Made by a program: the position numbers and the translations under genes | Shown: piece after piece, positions 21,377-31,851 of the stretch | Numbering within the stretch: position 1 is the first letter of the stretch | Layout of the letters: each line of letters starts with the position of its first letter | From: an uncultured Flavobacterium sp. | GTDB taxonomy: Bacteria > Bacteroidota > Bacteroidia > Flavobacteriales > Flavobacteriaceae | Length of the DNA: 64,000 nucleotides | Direction of reading: 5' to 3' | Assembly (NCBI GenBank): GCA_964021805.1 | Contig: CAXHZP010000008.1 | Coordinates: 917-64,916, forward strand | Notes under the pieces: generated by a model | What the model was told of the DNA's origin: nothing | The model's input: the letters and a program-made list of their open reading frames with translations, nothing else | The model's database searches: none

Positions 21377-22177
21377 ATGAAAATAGCAATCATAGGGACA
21401 GGTAATTTAGGGTGCTCTATAGCCACGGGGTTAATTACTCAAAATGCAATTACCTCATTGTATTTAACCAGAAGAAATTTAGAAAATATTAAAGAATATA
21501 AAGGGTATTCAAATGTCTTTTTGACTTCTGATAATAGAAAAGCAGTTAAAAACTCTGACATTTTAATTTTTGCTGTACAACCTGGACATTTAGAAGGAAT
21601 TTTAAATTCTATTAAAGATTTGCTCACAGAGAAGCATGTTATAATTTCTACAATTACTGGTTATTCTGTTTCAAAAATTGAAGATAGTATAGGTATAGAT
21701 AAGTATGTTGTAAGAGCCATGCCTAATACTGCCATAGCTGTAAGTAAATCTATGACTTGCTTGAGTAGTAATAAAAAAGGGGCAGAAAGAATTAAAATAG
21801 CTGAAGCTATTTTTAACAGGTTAGGTACATCGATAATTATTCCAGAAAATCAAATGCAAGCAGCCACGGTAATATGTGCTAGCGGAGTGGCTTTTTGGAT
21901 GCGATTAATTAGGGCAACAACTCAAGCTGCAATTCAGTTGGGGTTTGATGCGCATGAAGCACAAAAATTATCTATGTATACCTCTGAGGGAGCAGCACAA
22001 TTATTAATAGCAACTGGAAATCATCCAGAGGAAGAAATAGATAGGGTAACCACTCCTAATGGATGTACTATAGAAGGATTAAATGAAATGGAACACAAAG
22101 GCTTAAGCTCTTCTTTGATTCAGGGAATGGTAGCATCTTTTAATAAAATAAATAGTATTAAAACAGATCAAATATGA
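21377..22177 (+). CDS. proC: Pyrroline-5-carboxylate reductase
   Basis: GTGNLG, VRAMPNT, VTTPNGCTIEGL. Confidence 0.95.
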   Translation: MKIAIIGTGNLGCSIATGLITQNAITSLYLTRRNLENIKEYKGYSNVFLTSDNRKAVKNSDILIFAVQPGHLEGILNSIKDLLTEKHVIISTITGYSVSKIEDSIGIDKYVVRAMPNTAIAVSKSMTCLSSNKKGAERIKIAEAIFNRLGTSIIIPENQMQAATVICASGVAFWMRLIRATTQAAIQLGFDAHEAQKLSMYTSEGAAQLLIATGNHPEEEIDRVTTPNGCTIEGLNEMEHKGLSSSLIQGMVASFNKINSIKTDQI

Positions 22178-23301
22178 GTTTATTTAATGTATATCCGTTA
22201 TTTGACATCAGGCCTGATACAGCTAAAGATGTTTTTATTTATGATGAAGATGGAGTAGAGTATTTAGATCTATATGGAGGGCATGCCGTTATTTCTATTG
22301 GTCACTCTCATCCGAAATATGTTTACAATATTGCCAAACAAATTAATAAAATAGGATTTTATAGTAATTCTATACAAAATCCTTTGCAAAAAGAACTCGC
22401 TGAAGAACTGGTAGAGGCTTCAGGGTGCAATGATTATCAATTATTTTTGTGCAACTCGGGTGCAGAAGCGAATGAAAATGCATTAAAACTAGCATCTTTT
22501 CACACGAAGAAGAAGAAAGTTATTGCCTTTAAAAATGGTTTTCATGGAAGAACTTCAGCTGCAGTAGCAGTCACAGATAACTCCAAAATAATTGCACCAA
22601 TTAATGCACAACAAGAAAAAGAGCTATTTGATTTGGGAGATATTACTGGGGTAGAGAATGCATTAAGTAATAATGATGTTTGTGCGGTTATTATAGAATG
22701 CGTTCAAGGCGTAGGTGGATTAGATGAAAGTACAACGAGTTTTTATAAAAGGTTGTATCATCTATGTAAAAAATTTAATGTGGTACTCATTGCAGACGAA
22801 GTTCAATCTGGTTTTGGAAGAACTGGTGATTTTTTTGCGTTTCAAAAACATAAAATTATCCCTGATATTATATCCATGGCAAAAGGAATGGGTAATGGTT
22901 TTCCAATTGGCGGAATTTTAATTCATCCAAAAATAAAAGCTTCTTTTGGTCTATTGGGAACAACCTTTGGAGGAAATCATCTAGCCTGCATAGCTTCTTT
23001 AACAGTTCTGGAGGTAATCAAAGCAGAAAAACTTCAAGAAAATGCAAAGATGATTTTTGATTATTTTAAAAAGAAAAGCCAATCATTGCCTCATTTAAAA
23101 GCTGTAAAAGGGAGAGGGCTAATGCTGGGGTTAGAGTTTGATTTTCCTATATCAGAACTAAGAAAAAAACTTATCTACAAGCATCACATTTTTACAGGAA
23201 ATGCTAAGAACCCGAATGTGTTAAGAATTTTGCCATCTCTAACTATACAGAAGAAGCATGTAGACGTGTTTTTTACGGCTCTAAAAACAGAAGTATTATG
23301 A
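22174..23301 (+). CDS. argD: Acyl-ornithine aminotransferase (class III)
   Basis: NSGAEANENA, FHGRT, DEVQSGFGRTG, MAKGMGNG; arg operon context. Confidence 0.93.
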   Translation: MSLFNVYPLFDIRPDTAKDVFIYDEDGVEYLDLYGGHAVISIGHSHPKYVYNIAKQINKIGFYSNSIQNPLQKELAEELVEASGCNDYQLFLCNSGAEANENALKLASFHTKKKKVIAFKNGFHGRTSAAVAVTDNSKIIAPINAQQEKELFDLGDITGVENALSNNDVCAVIIECVQGVGGLDESTTSFYKRLYHLCKKFNVVLIADEVQSGFGRTGDFFAFQKHKIIPDIISMAKGMGNGFPIGGILIHPKIKASFGLLGTTFGGNHLACIASLTVLEVIKAEKLQENAKMIFDYFKKKSQSLPHLKAVKGRGLMLGLEFDFPISELRKKLIYKHHIFTGNAKNPNVLRILPSLTIQKKHVDVFFTALKTEVL

Positions 23302-24233
23302 AGAAATATTTAACAATTAATGATATAAAAAATATTGAGCATACTGTTCAAGAAGCTATTCAATTAAAAAACAATCCCTATCAATTTGAAAATTTAGGCA
23401 AGTATAAAACCTTGGTAATGCTTTTTTTTAATGCTAGCCTAAGAACTAGGCTAAGCACTGAAAAAGCTGCGAAGAGTCTTGGGATGGATGTGATGGTTCT
23501 AAATATTAATGATTGTTGGAATTTAGAGTATGACAATGGAACTATTATGAATCTTGCTAAAGCAGAGCATATTAAGGAAGCTGCTAATGTTATATCTCAA
23601 TATGGAGATATTATAGCTATTAGAGCATTTCCTACCCTTACAAACAAGGAAAAGGATGAAACAGAGCAGGTGCTTCATAGTTTTGTAAAATATGCTTCAG
23701 TACCAATTGTTAATATGGAAAGTGCTACGGCACACCCATTGCAGGCGCTTGCTGATGCTATTACTATTAGTGAATTTAAAACAACTTCAAAACCAAAAGT
23801 TGTCTTAACCTGGGCGCCTCATCCAAAAGCATTACCTCATGCTGTAGCGAACTCTTTTATTAAAATAATGAAAGAAATAGATGTAGATCTTTTGATTACG
23901 CATCCAAAACACTATGAATTAAATTCCAATATTACTCAAGATGTTCCTATAATCAATAACCAAGAAGAGGCTTTGAAAGATGCGGATTTTGTATATGCTA
24001 AAAATTGGAGTAATTATCATGATTACGGTAAAATTGTATCTGTAGATGAAAACTGGATGCTAACTAATGAGAAATTAGGAAATGCAAAGTTTATGCATTG
24101 TTTACCAGTAAGAAGAAATGTTGTTGTAGAAGATGCAGTTTTAGATGGTGAAAACTCGCTGGTGATTGAACAAGCAAATAATAGAACTTATGCGGCTCAA
24201 ATAGTGTTAAAAAATATTTTAAAAACATTGTAA
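23298..24233 (+). CDS. argF: N-acylornithine carbamoyltransferase (ArgF'), probably N-succinylornithine-specific
   Basis: SLRTR carbamoyl-phosphate motif, HPLQ, HPKALP, HCLPVRRN (AOTCase/SOTCase signature), KAEH at the specificity site. Confidence 0.9.
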   Translation: MKKYLTINDIKNIEHTVQEAIQLKNNPYQFENLGKYKTLVMLFFNASLRTRLSTEKAAKSLGMDVMVLNINDCWNLEYDNGTIMNLAKAEHIKEAANVISQYGDIIAIRAFPTLTNKEKDETEQVLHSFVKYASVPIVNMESATAHPLQALADAITISEFKTTSKPKVVLTWAPHPKALPHAVANSFIKIMKEIDVDLLITHPKHYELNSNITQDVPIINNQEEALKDADFVYAKNWSNYHDYGKIVSVDENWMLTNEKLGNAKFMHCLPVRRNVVVEDAVLDGENSLVIEQANNRTYAAQIVLKNILKTL

Positions 24234-25012
24234 TGAAAACACTAAAAGTTATAAAAATAGGCGGAAATATCATAAATAACGAGGTTAGTTTACTCTCTTT
24301 TTTAAAAGATTTTTCAAGTTTAAATGGACCAAAAATTTTAGTTCATGGAGGAGGTAAATTAGCTTCAGATTTATCTAACAAAATGAATATTCCAGTTCAA
24401 TTAATAGATGGAAGAAGGGTTACAGATGCAGAAACTTTAGACATTATAACCATGGTTTACGCCGGTAAAATAAACAAAAATATTGTAGCTAAACTACAAA
24501 GTTTTGGATGTAATTCTGTTGGGTTTTCTGGCGCAGACGGAAATACAATTATTGCTAATAAAAGACCTGAATCTCCAATAAATTATGGTTTTGTAGGAGA
24601 TGTAGTAAAGGTTAATATAAGTGTTATTAAAATATTGATAGACAATAATATAACAAATATTTTTTCTGCAATATCTCATAATGAAAAAGGACAATTGTTA
24701 AATACAAATGCAGATACTATTGCTTCCGAATTAGCGATTGCTTTTTCGAATGATTATAAAGTTGAATTGTATTATTGTTTTGAAAAAAAAGGGGTACTAC
24801 AGCGAACAAATGATGAAAACTCTGTGATTAAAGAAATAAATAATCAAACGTACATAGAATTAAAAAAATCTAACATAATTAATGAAGGCATGATTCCTAA
24901 ATTAGATAATTGTTTTTATGCGCTAAATCATAATGTTTCAAAAGTTTGTATAGGGCATCCTACCATGCTTTTTGATCATCATTCTAACTTTACAACCATT
25001 CAAAAATTATGA
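24233..25012 (+). CDS. argB: N-acylglutamate kinase
   Basis: VIKIGGN, VHGGG, LNTNAD, GMIPKL. Confidence 0.95.
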   Translation: MKTLKVIKIGGNIINNEVSLLSFLKDFSSLNGPKILVHGGGKLASDLSNKMNIPVQLIDGRRVTDAETLDIITMVYAGKINKNIVAKLQSFGCNSVGFSGADGNTIIANKRPESPINYGFVGDVVKVNISVIKILIDNNITNIFSAISHNEKGQLLNTNADTIASELAIAFSNDYKVELYYCFEKKGVLQRTNDENSVIKEINNQTYIELKKSNIINEGMIPKLDNCFYALNHNVSKVCIGHPTMLFDHHSNFTTIQKL

Positions 25013-26100
25013 GAAAAGAAAAATTAATTTTAGAGGCCATTTCACTATTAAAAAGTTTAATAAAAACACCTTCATTTTCTTCTGAAGAACATCATACAGC
25101 TTTGTTAATAGAATCTTGGTTTCAAGATTCTGATATCTCTTTCAATAGAACTAATAATAATATTTGGGCCATTAATAAATATTTTGATGAAACAAAGCCA
25201 ACCCTTTTGTTGAACTCTCATCATGATACTGTGAGACCTAATAATGGATACACCAAAGATCCTTTTGACCCAATTATTAATGCTGGTAAACTATACGGCC
25301 TTGGTAGTAATGATGCTGGAGGATGTTTGGTTTCTTTATTGGCAACATTTTCTTTTTTTTATCATCACAAGAATTTAAAATACAATTTGGTTATGGTAGC
25401 TTCAGCAGAGGAGGAAAGTAGTGGAGAAAATGGATTAAACAGCATGCTGTCTATTATACCTGAGATATCTGTAGCTATTATCGGAGAACCTACCTTGATG
25501 CAATTAGCCATTGCAGAAAAAGGATTGATAGTTTTTGATGCCAAAGTAATTGGTACCCCTGGACATGCTGCTCATAAAAATGATGATAATGCCATTTATA
25601 ATAGTATAGAAGTGCTAAAGTGGTTTCAGGAGTATACATTTGAAAAGCATTCGGAAAGCCTAGGAGATGTAAAAATGACAGTTACCCAAATACAGGCAGG
25701 TAAGCAACATAACGCCATCCCTTCTGAAGTAACTTTGGTGGTAGATGTTCGTGTAAATGATAGGTATTCAAATAAAGAAATTGCTGAGATTTTGGAAAAT
25801 GAATCTCCCTGTTCTACCATTGTTCCAAGGAGTTTACGATTAAACTCTTCCTCTATATCAGTTGAACATGACCTAATTAAAGCAGGTTTAGAATTGGGTA
25901 GAGAGACTTATGGATCTCCAACATTATCCGATCAATCTGTTTTAAGTTGTCCTTCTTTAAAATTGGGTCCTGGAGACAGTACGAGATCACATACCGCGGA
26001 TGAATTTATTTATTTGAAAGAAATTGAAGAGGGGATTACCCTTTATATTAAATTATTAGAAAAAACATTAATAGATACTAAAGATGAAGCTCTGGGATAA
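25009..26100 (+). CDS. argE: M20 family deacylase (ArgE-like; probable N-succinyl/acetyl-citrulline deacylase)
   Basis: NSHHDTV, GSNDAGG, AEEE, GEPT, HTADE; arg operon context. Confidence 0.85.
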   Translation: MRKEKLILEAISLLKSLIKTPSFSSEEHHTALLIESWFQDSDISFNRTNNNIWAINKYFDETKPTLLLNSHHDTVRPNNGYTKDPFDPIINAGKLYGLGSNDAGGCLVSLLATFSFFYHHKNLKYNLVMVASAEEESSGENGLNSMLSIIPEISVAIIGEPTLMQLAIAEKGLIVFDAKVIGTPGHAAHKNDDNAIYNSIEVLKWFQEYTFEKHSESLGDVKMTVTQIQAGKQHNAIPSEVTLVVDVRVNDRYSNKEIAEILENESPCSTIVPRSLRLNSSSISVEHDLIKAGLELGRETYGSPTLSDQSVLSCPSLKLGPGDSTRSHTADEFIYLKEIEEGITLYIKLLEKTLIDTKDEALG

Positions 26101-27358
26101 AGGAATAAAAATAGATGAAAAAATAGAACAGTTTACTGTTGGGAATGACAGGGAAATAGATATGCACATAGCAAAATATGATGTAAATGCTTCATTAGCA
26201 CATGCAAAAATGTTGTTTTCTATAGGTATTATAACAGCAATAGAACTTCAGCAATTAGAGAAAGGATTGTCAATTTTAGAAAAACAAATCCATGAAGGAA
26301 CATTTGTTATTGAATCTCAATTTGAAGATGTACATTCAAAAATAGAATTTGAATTAATCAACATGTTTGGAGAGGTTGGTAAAAAAATTCATACAGCACG
26401 GTCTAGAAATGATCAAGTATTGGTTGCTTTGCAGTTGTACTATAAAGATCAATTACAAACAATAAAAGGGCTAGTGGGTACTTTTTTTGATACATTGTTA
26501 AACCTTGCAGAACTTCATAAAAAATGCTTATTACCAGGGTATACACACCTTCAAGTAGCTATGCCATCTTCATTTGGGTTATGGTTTTCTTCCTATGCAG
26601 AGGTAATTGTAGATGATGTATATCTTCTAGATGCTGCTATTAAAACAATAGACCAAAATCCACTTGGTTCTGCGGCAGGTTATGGAAGTTCATTTCCAAT
26701 AGATAGAAATTTTACAACTACAGAACTTGGTTTTGGTGCACTTAAGTACAATGTTATAGCTGCACAAATGGGAAGGGGTAAAAATGAAAGAACAATTGCA
26801 GCTGCATTGGGAGGTATTTCAAACACTTTATCTAGGTTTTCAATGGATATTTGTTTGTATATGAGTCAGAATTTTGACTTTATTACTTTTCCAGATTCAT
26901 TAGTCACAGGAAGTAGTATCATGCCACATAAAAAAAATCCTGATGTATTTGAATTAATAAGAGGAAAGTCAAATAAAATTCAAGCTTTGCAGATAGAAAT
27001 GACTTTAATTACAAATAATCTTCCGAGTGGCTATCACAGAGATTTTCAACTTCTCAAGGAAAATATGATTAATTTAATTGAGGAAATGAAAACCATTTTA
27101 GAAATTTTCAATTATTCGATACAGCAAATAAAAGTGAAGAAGATAGATTTTTTAGATGATAAATATAAGTATTTAAGTACAGTAGATTCTATCAATAATT
27201 TAGTGATGAAAGGACTTTCTTTTAGAGAGGCATATCAACAAATAGGGGCTTCAGTAACAAACCGAACTTACGAGTATACGGTTGGAAAAGAACACACCCA
27301 CATTGGTAGTATTCATAATTTATGTCTAAATGATATTAGAAAAAAATTTCCTAAATAG
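26084..27358 (+). CDS. argH: Argininosuccinate lyase
   Basis: KLWDKG, HTARSRNDQ, PGYTHLQ, GSSIMPHKKNPD. Confidence 0.97.
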   Translation: MKLWDKGIKIDEKIEQFTVGNDREIDMHIAKYDVNASLAHAKMLFSIGIITAIELQQLEKGLSILEKQIHEGTFVIESQFEDVHSKIEFELINMFGEVGKKIHTARSRNDQVLVALQLYYKDQLQTIKGLVGTFFDTLLNLAELHKKCLLPGYTHLQVAMPSSFGLWFSSYAEVIVDDVYLLDAAIKTIDQNPLGSAAGYGSSFPIDRNFTTTELGFGALKYNVIAAQMGRGKNERTIAAALGGISNTLSRFSMDICLYMSQNFDFITFPDSLVTGSSIMPHKKNPDVFELIRGKSNKIQALQIEMTLITNNLPSGYHRDFQLLKENMINLIEEMKTILEIFNYSIQQIKVKKIDFLDDKYKYLSTVDSINNLVMKGLSFREAYQQIGASVTNRTYEYTVGKEHTHIGSIHNLCLNDIRKKFPK

Positions 27359-27360
27359 TT

Positions 27361-28479
27361 TTAAATAATGGTAGATTGTCCAAGGTGAATATTAGTAAAG
27401 TTCACATTAGTATCATTAGGATTGTTAATGAAGTCTTCTATGAAATCTCCAACCTTAGAAGTAGTAACCATGTCTGTTTTTGTATTTAAATCTGGTGTTG
27501 TGATTTGTAATTTCAAAGATTTATCTACAGCCTTTCTTACTAGAGCAGCTTCTTTGGTTAATTGAAAATGGTCTAATAACATAGCAGCAGATAAAATTGA
27601 TGCGATAGGGTTGGCTATACTTTTTCCAGTTGCTTGAGGGTAAGAACCGTGTATGGGTTCAAATAAGGCATATTTTTCACCAACTGAGGCAGAAGCTAAT
27701 AAACCTATTGATCCACCAATTACACTTGCTTCGTCACTAATAATATCTCCAAACATATTTTCTGTAAGAATGACATCAAATTGTTTTGGGTTTAATATCA
27801 TTTGCATGGCAGCATTATCTACGAATAGGAAGTCTAGAGCTACTTCTGAATATTCTTTTGCTACCTCTCCAACTACTTTACGCCACAACCTAGAGCTCTC
27901 CAACACATTAGCTTTGTCTACTAGGGTTACTTTCTTATTTCTGTTTAAAGCTGCTTTAAAGGCTAAATGTGCTATCCTTTCAATTTCAAAACGATTGTAT
28001 TCACACAAATCTGAAGCGGTGTTCCCATCTTTACTTAGTTGCTTTTCTCCAAAATAAATCCCACCAGTTAATTCTCTGTAGATACTAATATCTGTACCTG
28101 AAATGATTTCTTTTTTTAATGGAGACTTGTCTAGAAGTGTTTCGTATGCTTTTACCGGACGGATGTTAGCAAATAATCCCAAAGATTTTCTAAGTTTTAA
28201 CAAACCTTGCTCTGGTCTTACTTTTGCTGTGGGATCGTTGTCATATTTAGGATGTCCTATAGAACCAAATAATATGGCATCTGTAGACATGCAAAGTTCT
28301 AGTGTTTCGTCAGGTAGAGGATTTCCAGTTTTGTCTATAGCTATTGCGCCAACATTAGCTTCTTCAAAAATAAATGTATGGTCAAATTCTGAAGCTATAG
28401 CTTTTAATACTTTAACTGCTTCATTGGTTACTTCCGGTCCAATTCCGTCTCCGGGCAAAAGGGCAATTTTTAATTTCAT
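27361..28479 (-). CDS. leuB: 3-isopropylmalate dehydrogenase
   Basis: GDGIGPEV, RELTGGIYFG, DKANVL, NMFGDIISDEAS, EPIHGS. Confidence 0.98.
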   Translation of the reverse strand: MKLKIALLPGDGIGPEVTNEAVKVLKAIASEFDHTFIFEEANVGAIAIDKTGNPLPDETLELCMSTDAILFGSIGHPKYDNDPTAKVRPEQGLLKLRKSLGLFANIRPVKAYETLLDKSPLKKEIISGTDISIYRELTGGIYFGEKQLSKDGNTASDLCEYNRFEIERIAHLAFKAALNRNKKVTLVDKANVLESSRLWRKVVGEVAKEYSEVALDFLFVDNAAMQMILNPKQFDVILTENMFGDIISDEASVIGGSIGLLASASVGEKYALFEPIHGSYPQATGKSIANPIASILSAAMLLDHFQLTKEAALVRKAVDKSLKLQITTPDLNTKTDMVTTSKVGDFIEDFINNPNDTNVNFTNIHLGQSTII

Positions 28480-28533
28480 TTTTTTTAAGGTTTCCGAGAA
28501 TAAATGGAAATATAAGATTTTTATTTATAGTAA

Positions 28534-29121
28534 TTACTTTCTTTGTGATTCAAAAGCTTCTATCAATTCTTTTTTACTTAATAAATAATCAATATCATCA
28601 TACCCATTGATCATACATGTTTTTTTGTAAGGATCAATATCAAATGTTTCAAATTTATTAGTATCAGAAATAGAGATAGTTTGATTTTCTAAATTTACTT
28701 CAATTTTAGTATTAGGATTTTCATGAATAGTTTTCATTAACATAGCTAAAAAAGAAGGAGTTACCTGTAAAGGCAACAAACCATTATTCAAAGCATTTCC
28801 TTTAAAGATATCTGCAAAAAAACTAGAAACAATAACTCTGAATCCATAACCAACAAGAGCCCAAGCTGCATGTTCTCTACTTGATCCACAACCAAAGTTA
28901 TCACCAGCAATCAAAATACTTCCTGAATATTTGGTATTGTTTAAAGAAAATTCTGTGTTAATATTTCCATTTTTATCAAATCTCCAATCTCTAAATACAT
29001 TATCACCAAATCCTTTTTTATCTGTAGCTTTTAAAAACCGAGCAGGAATAATTTGATCTGTATCAATATTTTCTATGGCTAATGGAATTGCTTTGGATAT
29101 AATTTTTGTAAACTTTTCCAT
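28534..29121 (-). CDS. leuD: 3-isopropylmalate dehydratase small subunit
   Basis: [24 protein letters not shown]. Confidence 0.98.
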   Translation of the reverse strand: MEKFTKIISKAIPLAIENIDTDQIIPARFLKATDKKGFGDNVFRDWRFDKNGNINTEFSLNNTKYSGSILIAGDNFGCGSSREHAAWALVGYGFRVIVSSFFADIFKGNALNNGLLPLQVTPSFLAMLMKTIHENPNTKIEVNLENQTISISDTNKFETFDIDPYKKTCMINGYDDIDYLLSKKELIEAFESQRK

Positions 29122-30503
29122 TAATTTAAATGTTTTGTTATGTCTATAATTTTACCTTCAACAGCAGTAGCTGCTGCAACTAAAGGACTCGCTAAAATAG
29201 TTCTAGATCCTTGACCTTGTCTTCCTTCAAAATTTCTGTTAGAAGTTGAGACACAATACTCACCTTTTGGTATTTTATCGTCATTCATCGCCAGACATGC
29301 AGAGCATCCAGGTTGTCTTAACTCAAATCCAGCATTGTCAAAAATTTCTTTTAAACCTTCTTCAATTATTTGAGTTTCCACTTGCTTGCTTCCAGGAACC
29401 AGCCAAGCAGTTACATTTTCTGCTTTTTGTTTTCCTTTAATAAAATTAGCGGCTACTCTAAAGTCTTCAATTCTTGAATTTGTACAACTACCAATAAAAA
29501 CATAGTTAATGCGCTGATCAATTAACGATGATCCCGCCTCAAAATTCATATATTCTAAAGACTTTTTAAAAGAACTATTATTTTCCTCAGGTATAGTTTC
29601 TGTAATTTTTATACCCATTCCAGGATTAGTTCCATAGGTAACCATAGGACCAATATCATCTGCATCAAAAATATATTCCTGATCAAAAACAGCATCAATA
29701 TCTGATGGTAAGGTTTTCCAATAGGCTACTTTTTTGTCAAAATCTGTTCCTTTAGGAGCAAATTGTCTATCTTTTATATAATTAAAAGTTGTTTCATCTG
29801 GAGCAATCATTCCACCTCTAGCTCCCATTTCAATACTCATGTTACAAACGGTCATTCTGCCCTCCATACTCATTTCTTCAAAAACATTACCTGCATACTC
29901 ACAAAAATACCCAGTCCCAGAATTGGTACCAAGTTTAGAGATTATATATAAAATAACGTCTTTTGGAAGCACTCCTTTTTTGAGCTTTCCATTAACAGTT
30001 ACTCGTAAACTTTTTGGTTTCTTTAAAAGCAAACATTGGCTTGCAAATACTTGAGCAACCTGGCTAGTTCCAATTCCAAAAGCAATGGCGCCAAAAGCGC
30101 CATGAGTGGAGGTATGGCTATCTCCACAAACCATTGTCATACCCGGTTGAGTTATTCCAAGTTCTGGAGCCATTACATGGACTATTCCATTGTATTTGTG
30201 TCCTAATTCATAAAGCGTAATATTATTATCAGAACAGTTTTTTGATAGCTGTTCTAACTGATTTTTAGACAACTTATCTTTTATTGGCAAGTGCTGATTT
30301 ATTGTAGGGGTATTATGATCTGCAGTGGCAATAATTTGATTGGGTCTAAAAATAGGTATTGATCTTTCCTTTAGTTCATTGAAAGCCTGCGGGCTGGTTA
30401 CCTCGTGAATAAGATGTTTATCTATATAAAGTACTTGTGGGCCTTCTTTGATTGTATCTACAACATGTTGGTCCCATATTTTATCAAAAAGTGTTTTACT
30501 CAT
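29121..30503 (-). CDS. leuC: 3-isopropylmalate dehydratase large subunit
   Basis: [41 protein letters not shown]. Confidence 0.98.
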   Translation of the reverse strand: MSKTLFDKIWDQHVVDTIKEGPQVLYIDKHLIHEVTSPQAFNELKERSIPIFRPNQIIATADHNTPTINQHLPIKDKLSKNQLEQLSKNCSDNNITLYELGHKYNGIVHVMAPELGITQPGMTMVCGDSHTSTHGAFGAIAFGIGTSQVAQVFASQCLLLKKPKSLRVTVNGKLKKGVLPKDVILYIISKLGTNSGTGYFCEYAGNVFEEMSMEGRMTVCNMSIEMGARGGMIAPDETTFNYIKDRQFAPKGTDFDKKVAYWKTLPSDIDAVFDQEYIFDADDIGPMVTYGTNPGMGIKITETIPEENNSSFKKSLEYMNFEAGSSLIDQRINYVFIGSCTNSRIEDFRVAANFIKGKQKAENVTAWLVPGSKQVETQIIEEGLKEIFDNAGFELRQPGCSACLAMNDDKIPKGEYCVSTSNRNFEGRQGQGSRTILASPLVAAATAVEGKIIDITKHLN

Positions 30504-30528
30504 CGTATCTTTCTAGTAAGGTCTGTGA

Positions 30529-31704
30529 TTAAACTTTTAATATTTGATTAGAAATGCTAGTTGATTCTATGATTTGATGAATATCTTCATCATTAACTTC
30601 TTTCTTTTTATCAGCGAAACTTAAAAAATTAGAGTATACAATGTCTAATTGTAATTTTGTTAATTCATAACCTGCAATTTTTGCTCTGTAAGCCAATGCA
30701 GCCCTTCCGCTTCTGGCTGTTAATACAATGGCAGACTCTGTAACCCCAACATCCTTGGGATCAATTATTTCGTAGGTCTCACGATTTTTGATAACGCCAT
30801 CTTGATGGATACCAGAACTGTGAGCAAAGGCATTAGCTCCAACTATTGCTTTATTCGGTTGTGTGTAAACACCCATGCTTTCACTAACTAATTGGCTTAA
30901 ACCATACAAATGCTTGGTATTTATATTGGTGTCTAAATTTAAATAGGGGTGTTGTTTTAAAATCATTACAACCTCTTCTAAAGCAGTATTACCCGCTCGT
31001 TCACCAATACCATTAATAGTACATTCTATTTGTCTAGCTCCATTAATAATACCCTCTATAGAGTTAGCAGTAGCTAATCCAAGATCATTATGGCAATGAC
31101 AAGAAATAATTGCGTTTTCTATACCTTTAACATGCTCCTTTAAATATTTTATTTTAGCACCGTATTCGCTGGGTAGGCAATATCCAGTTGTATCTGGTAT
31201 ATTTAAAACTGTAGCTCCAGCTCTGATAGCTTGTTCACAAACTCTAGCAAGAAATTCATTATTTGTTCTACCAGCATCTTCAGCATAAAACTCAACATCT
31301 TCAACAAATGTCTTCGCATATTTTACTGCTTCATAAGCTCTGTGTAAAATATCATTTTTATTTGAGTTGAATTTGTATTTAATGTGAGATTCTGAGGTTC
31401 CAATACCTGTATGGATTCTTGGTCTTTTAGCATATTTTAGGGCTTCAGCTGCAACTTCTATATCTTTTTTTACTGCTCTAGTAAGTCCACAAACAGAAGC
31501 ATTTTTAACAATTTTTGAAATTTCTTCAACAGATTTAAAGTCACCTGGGCTAGAAACTGGAAATCCTGCTTCAATAACATCTACACCTAAAATATCAAGG
31601 CGCTTTGCGATAATTATTTTCTGGTTTGTATCTAGCTTACAACCAGGCACTTGTTCTCCGTCTCGTAATGTTGTGTCAAAAATTTGAATGGTGGTATCTG
31701 ACAT
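30529..31704 (-). CDS. leuA: 2-isopropylmalate synthase, short form lacking the C-terminal regulatory domain
   Basis: [26 protein letters not shown]; only 391 aa. Confidence 0.95.
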   Translation of the reverse strand: MSDTTIQIFDTTLRDGEQVPGCKLDTNQKIIIAKRLDILGVDVIEAGFPVSSPGDFKSVEEISKIVKNASVCGLTRAVKKDIEVAAEALKYAKRPRIHTGIGTSESHIKYKFNSNKNDILHRAYEAVKYAKTFVEDVEFYAEDAGRTNNEFLARVCEQAIRAGATVLNIPDTTGYCLPSEYGAKIKYLKEHVKGIENAIISCHCHNDLGLATANSIEGIINGARQIECTINGIGERAGNTALEEVVMILKQHPYLNLDTNINTKHLYGLSQLVSESMGVYTQPNKAIVGANAFAHSSGIHQDGVIKNRETYEIIDPKDVGVTESAIVLTARSGRAALAYRAKIAGYELTKLQLDIVYSNFLSFADKKKEVNDEDIHQIIESTSISNQILKV

Positions 31705-31733
31705 TTATTAAAATATATTTTTGTATTGCCTTA

Positions 31734-31741
31734 CGAATTTA
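31734..31741 (-). promoter_or_regulatory. Putative -7 promoter element (TAAATTCG) for leuACDB
   Basis: Variant of TAnnTTTG, ~30 nt upstream of the leuA ATG. Confidence 0.4.
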
Positions 31742-31851
31742 TATTTTGGATAGCTCTTAGACTTGTTTTAATTTTATATTATTACGATGTTCAAAAAGAT
31801 AATTAATGCTTAAAAAGCTAATAAACAACAACTTAGTAGATTATTTTAAAT

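Noticed and set aside
31705-31851. Searched for a Leu-rich leader peptide or attenuator upstream of leuA
   Set aside because: No suitable uORF or terminator on the minus strand.
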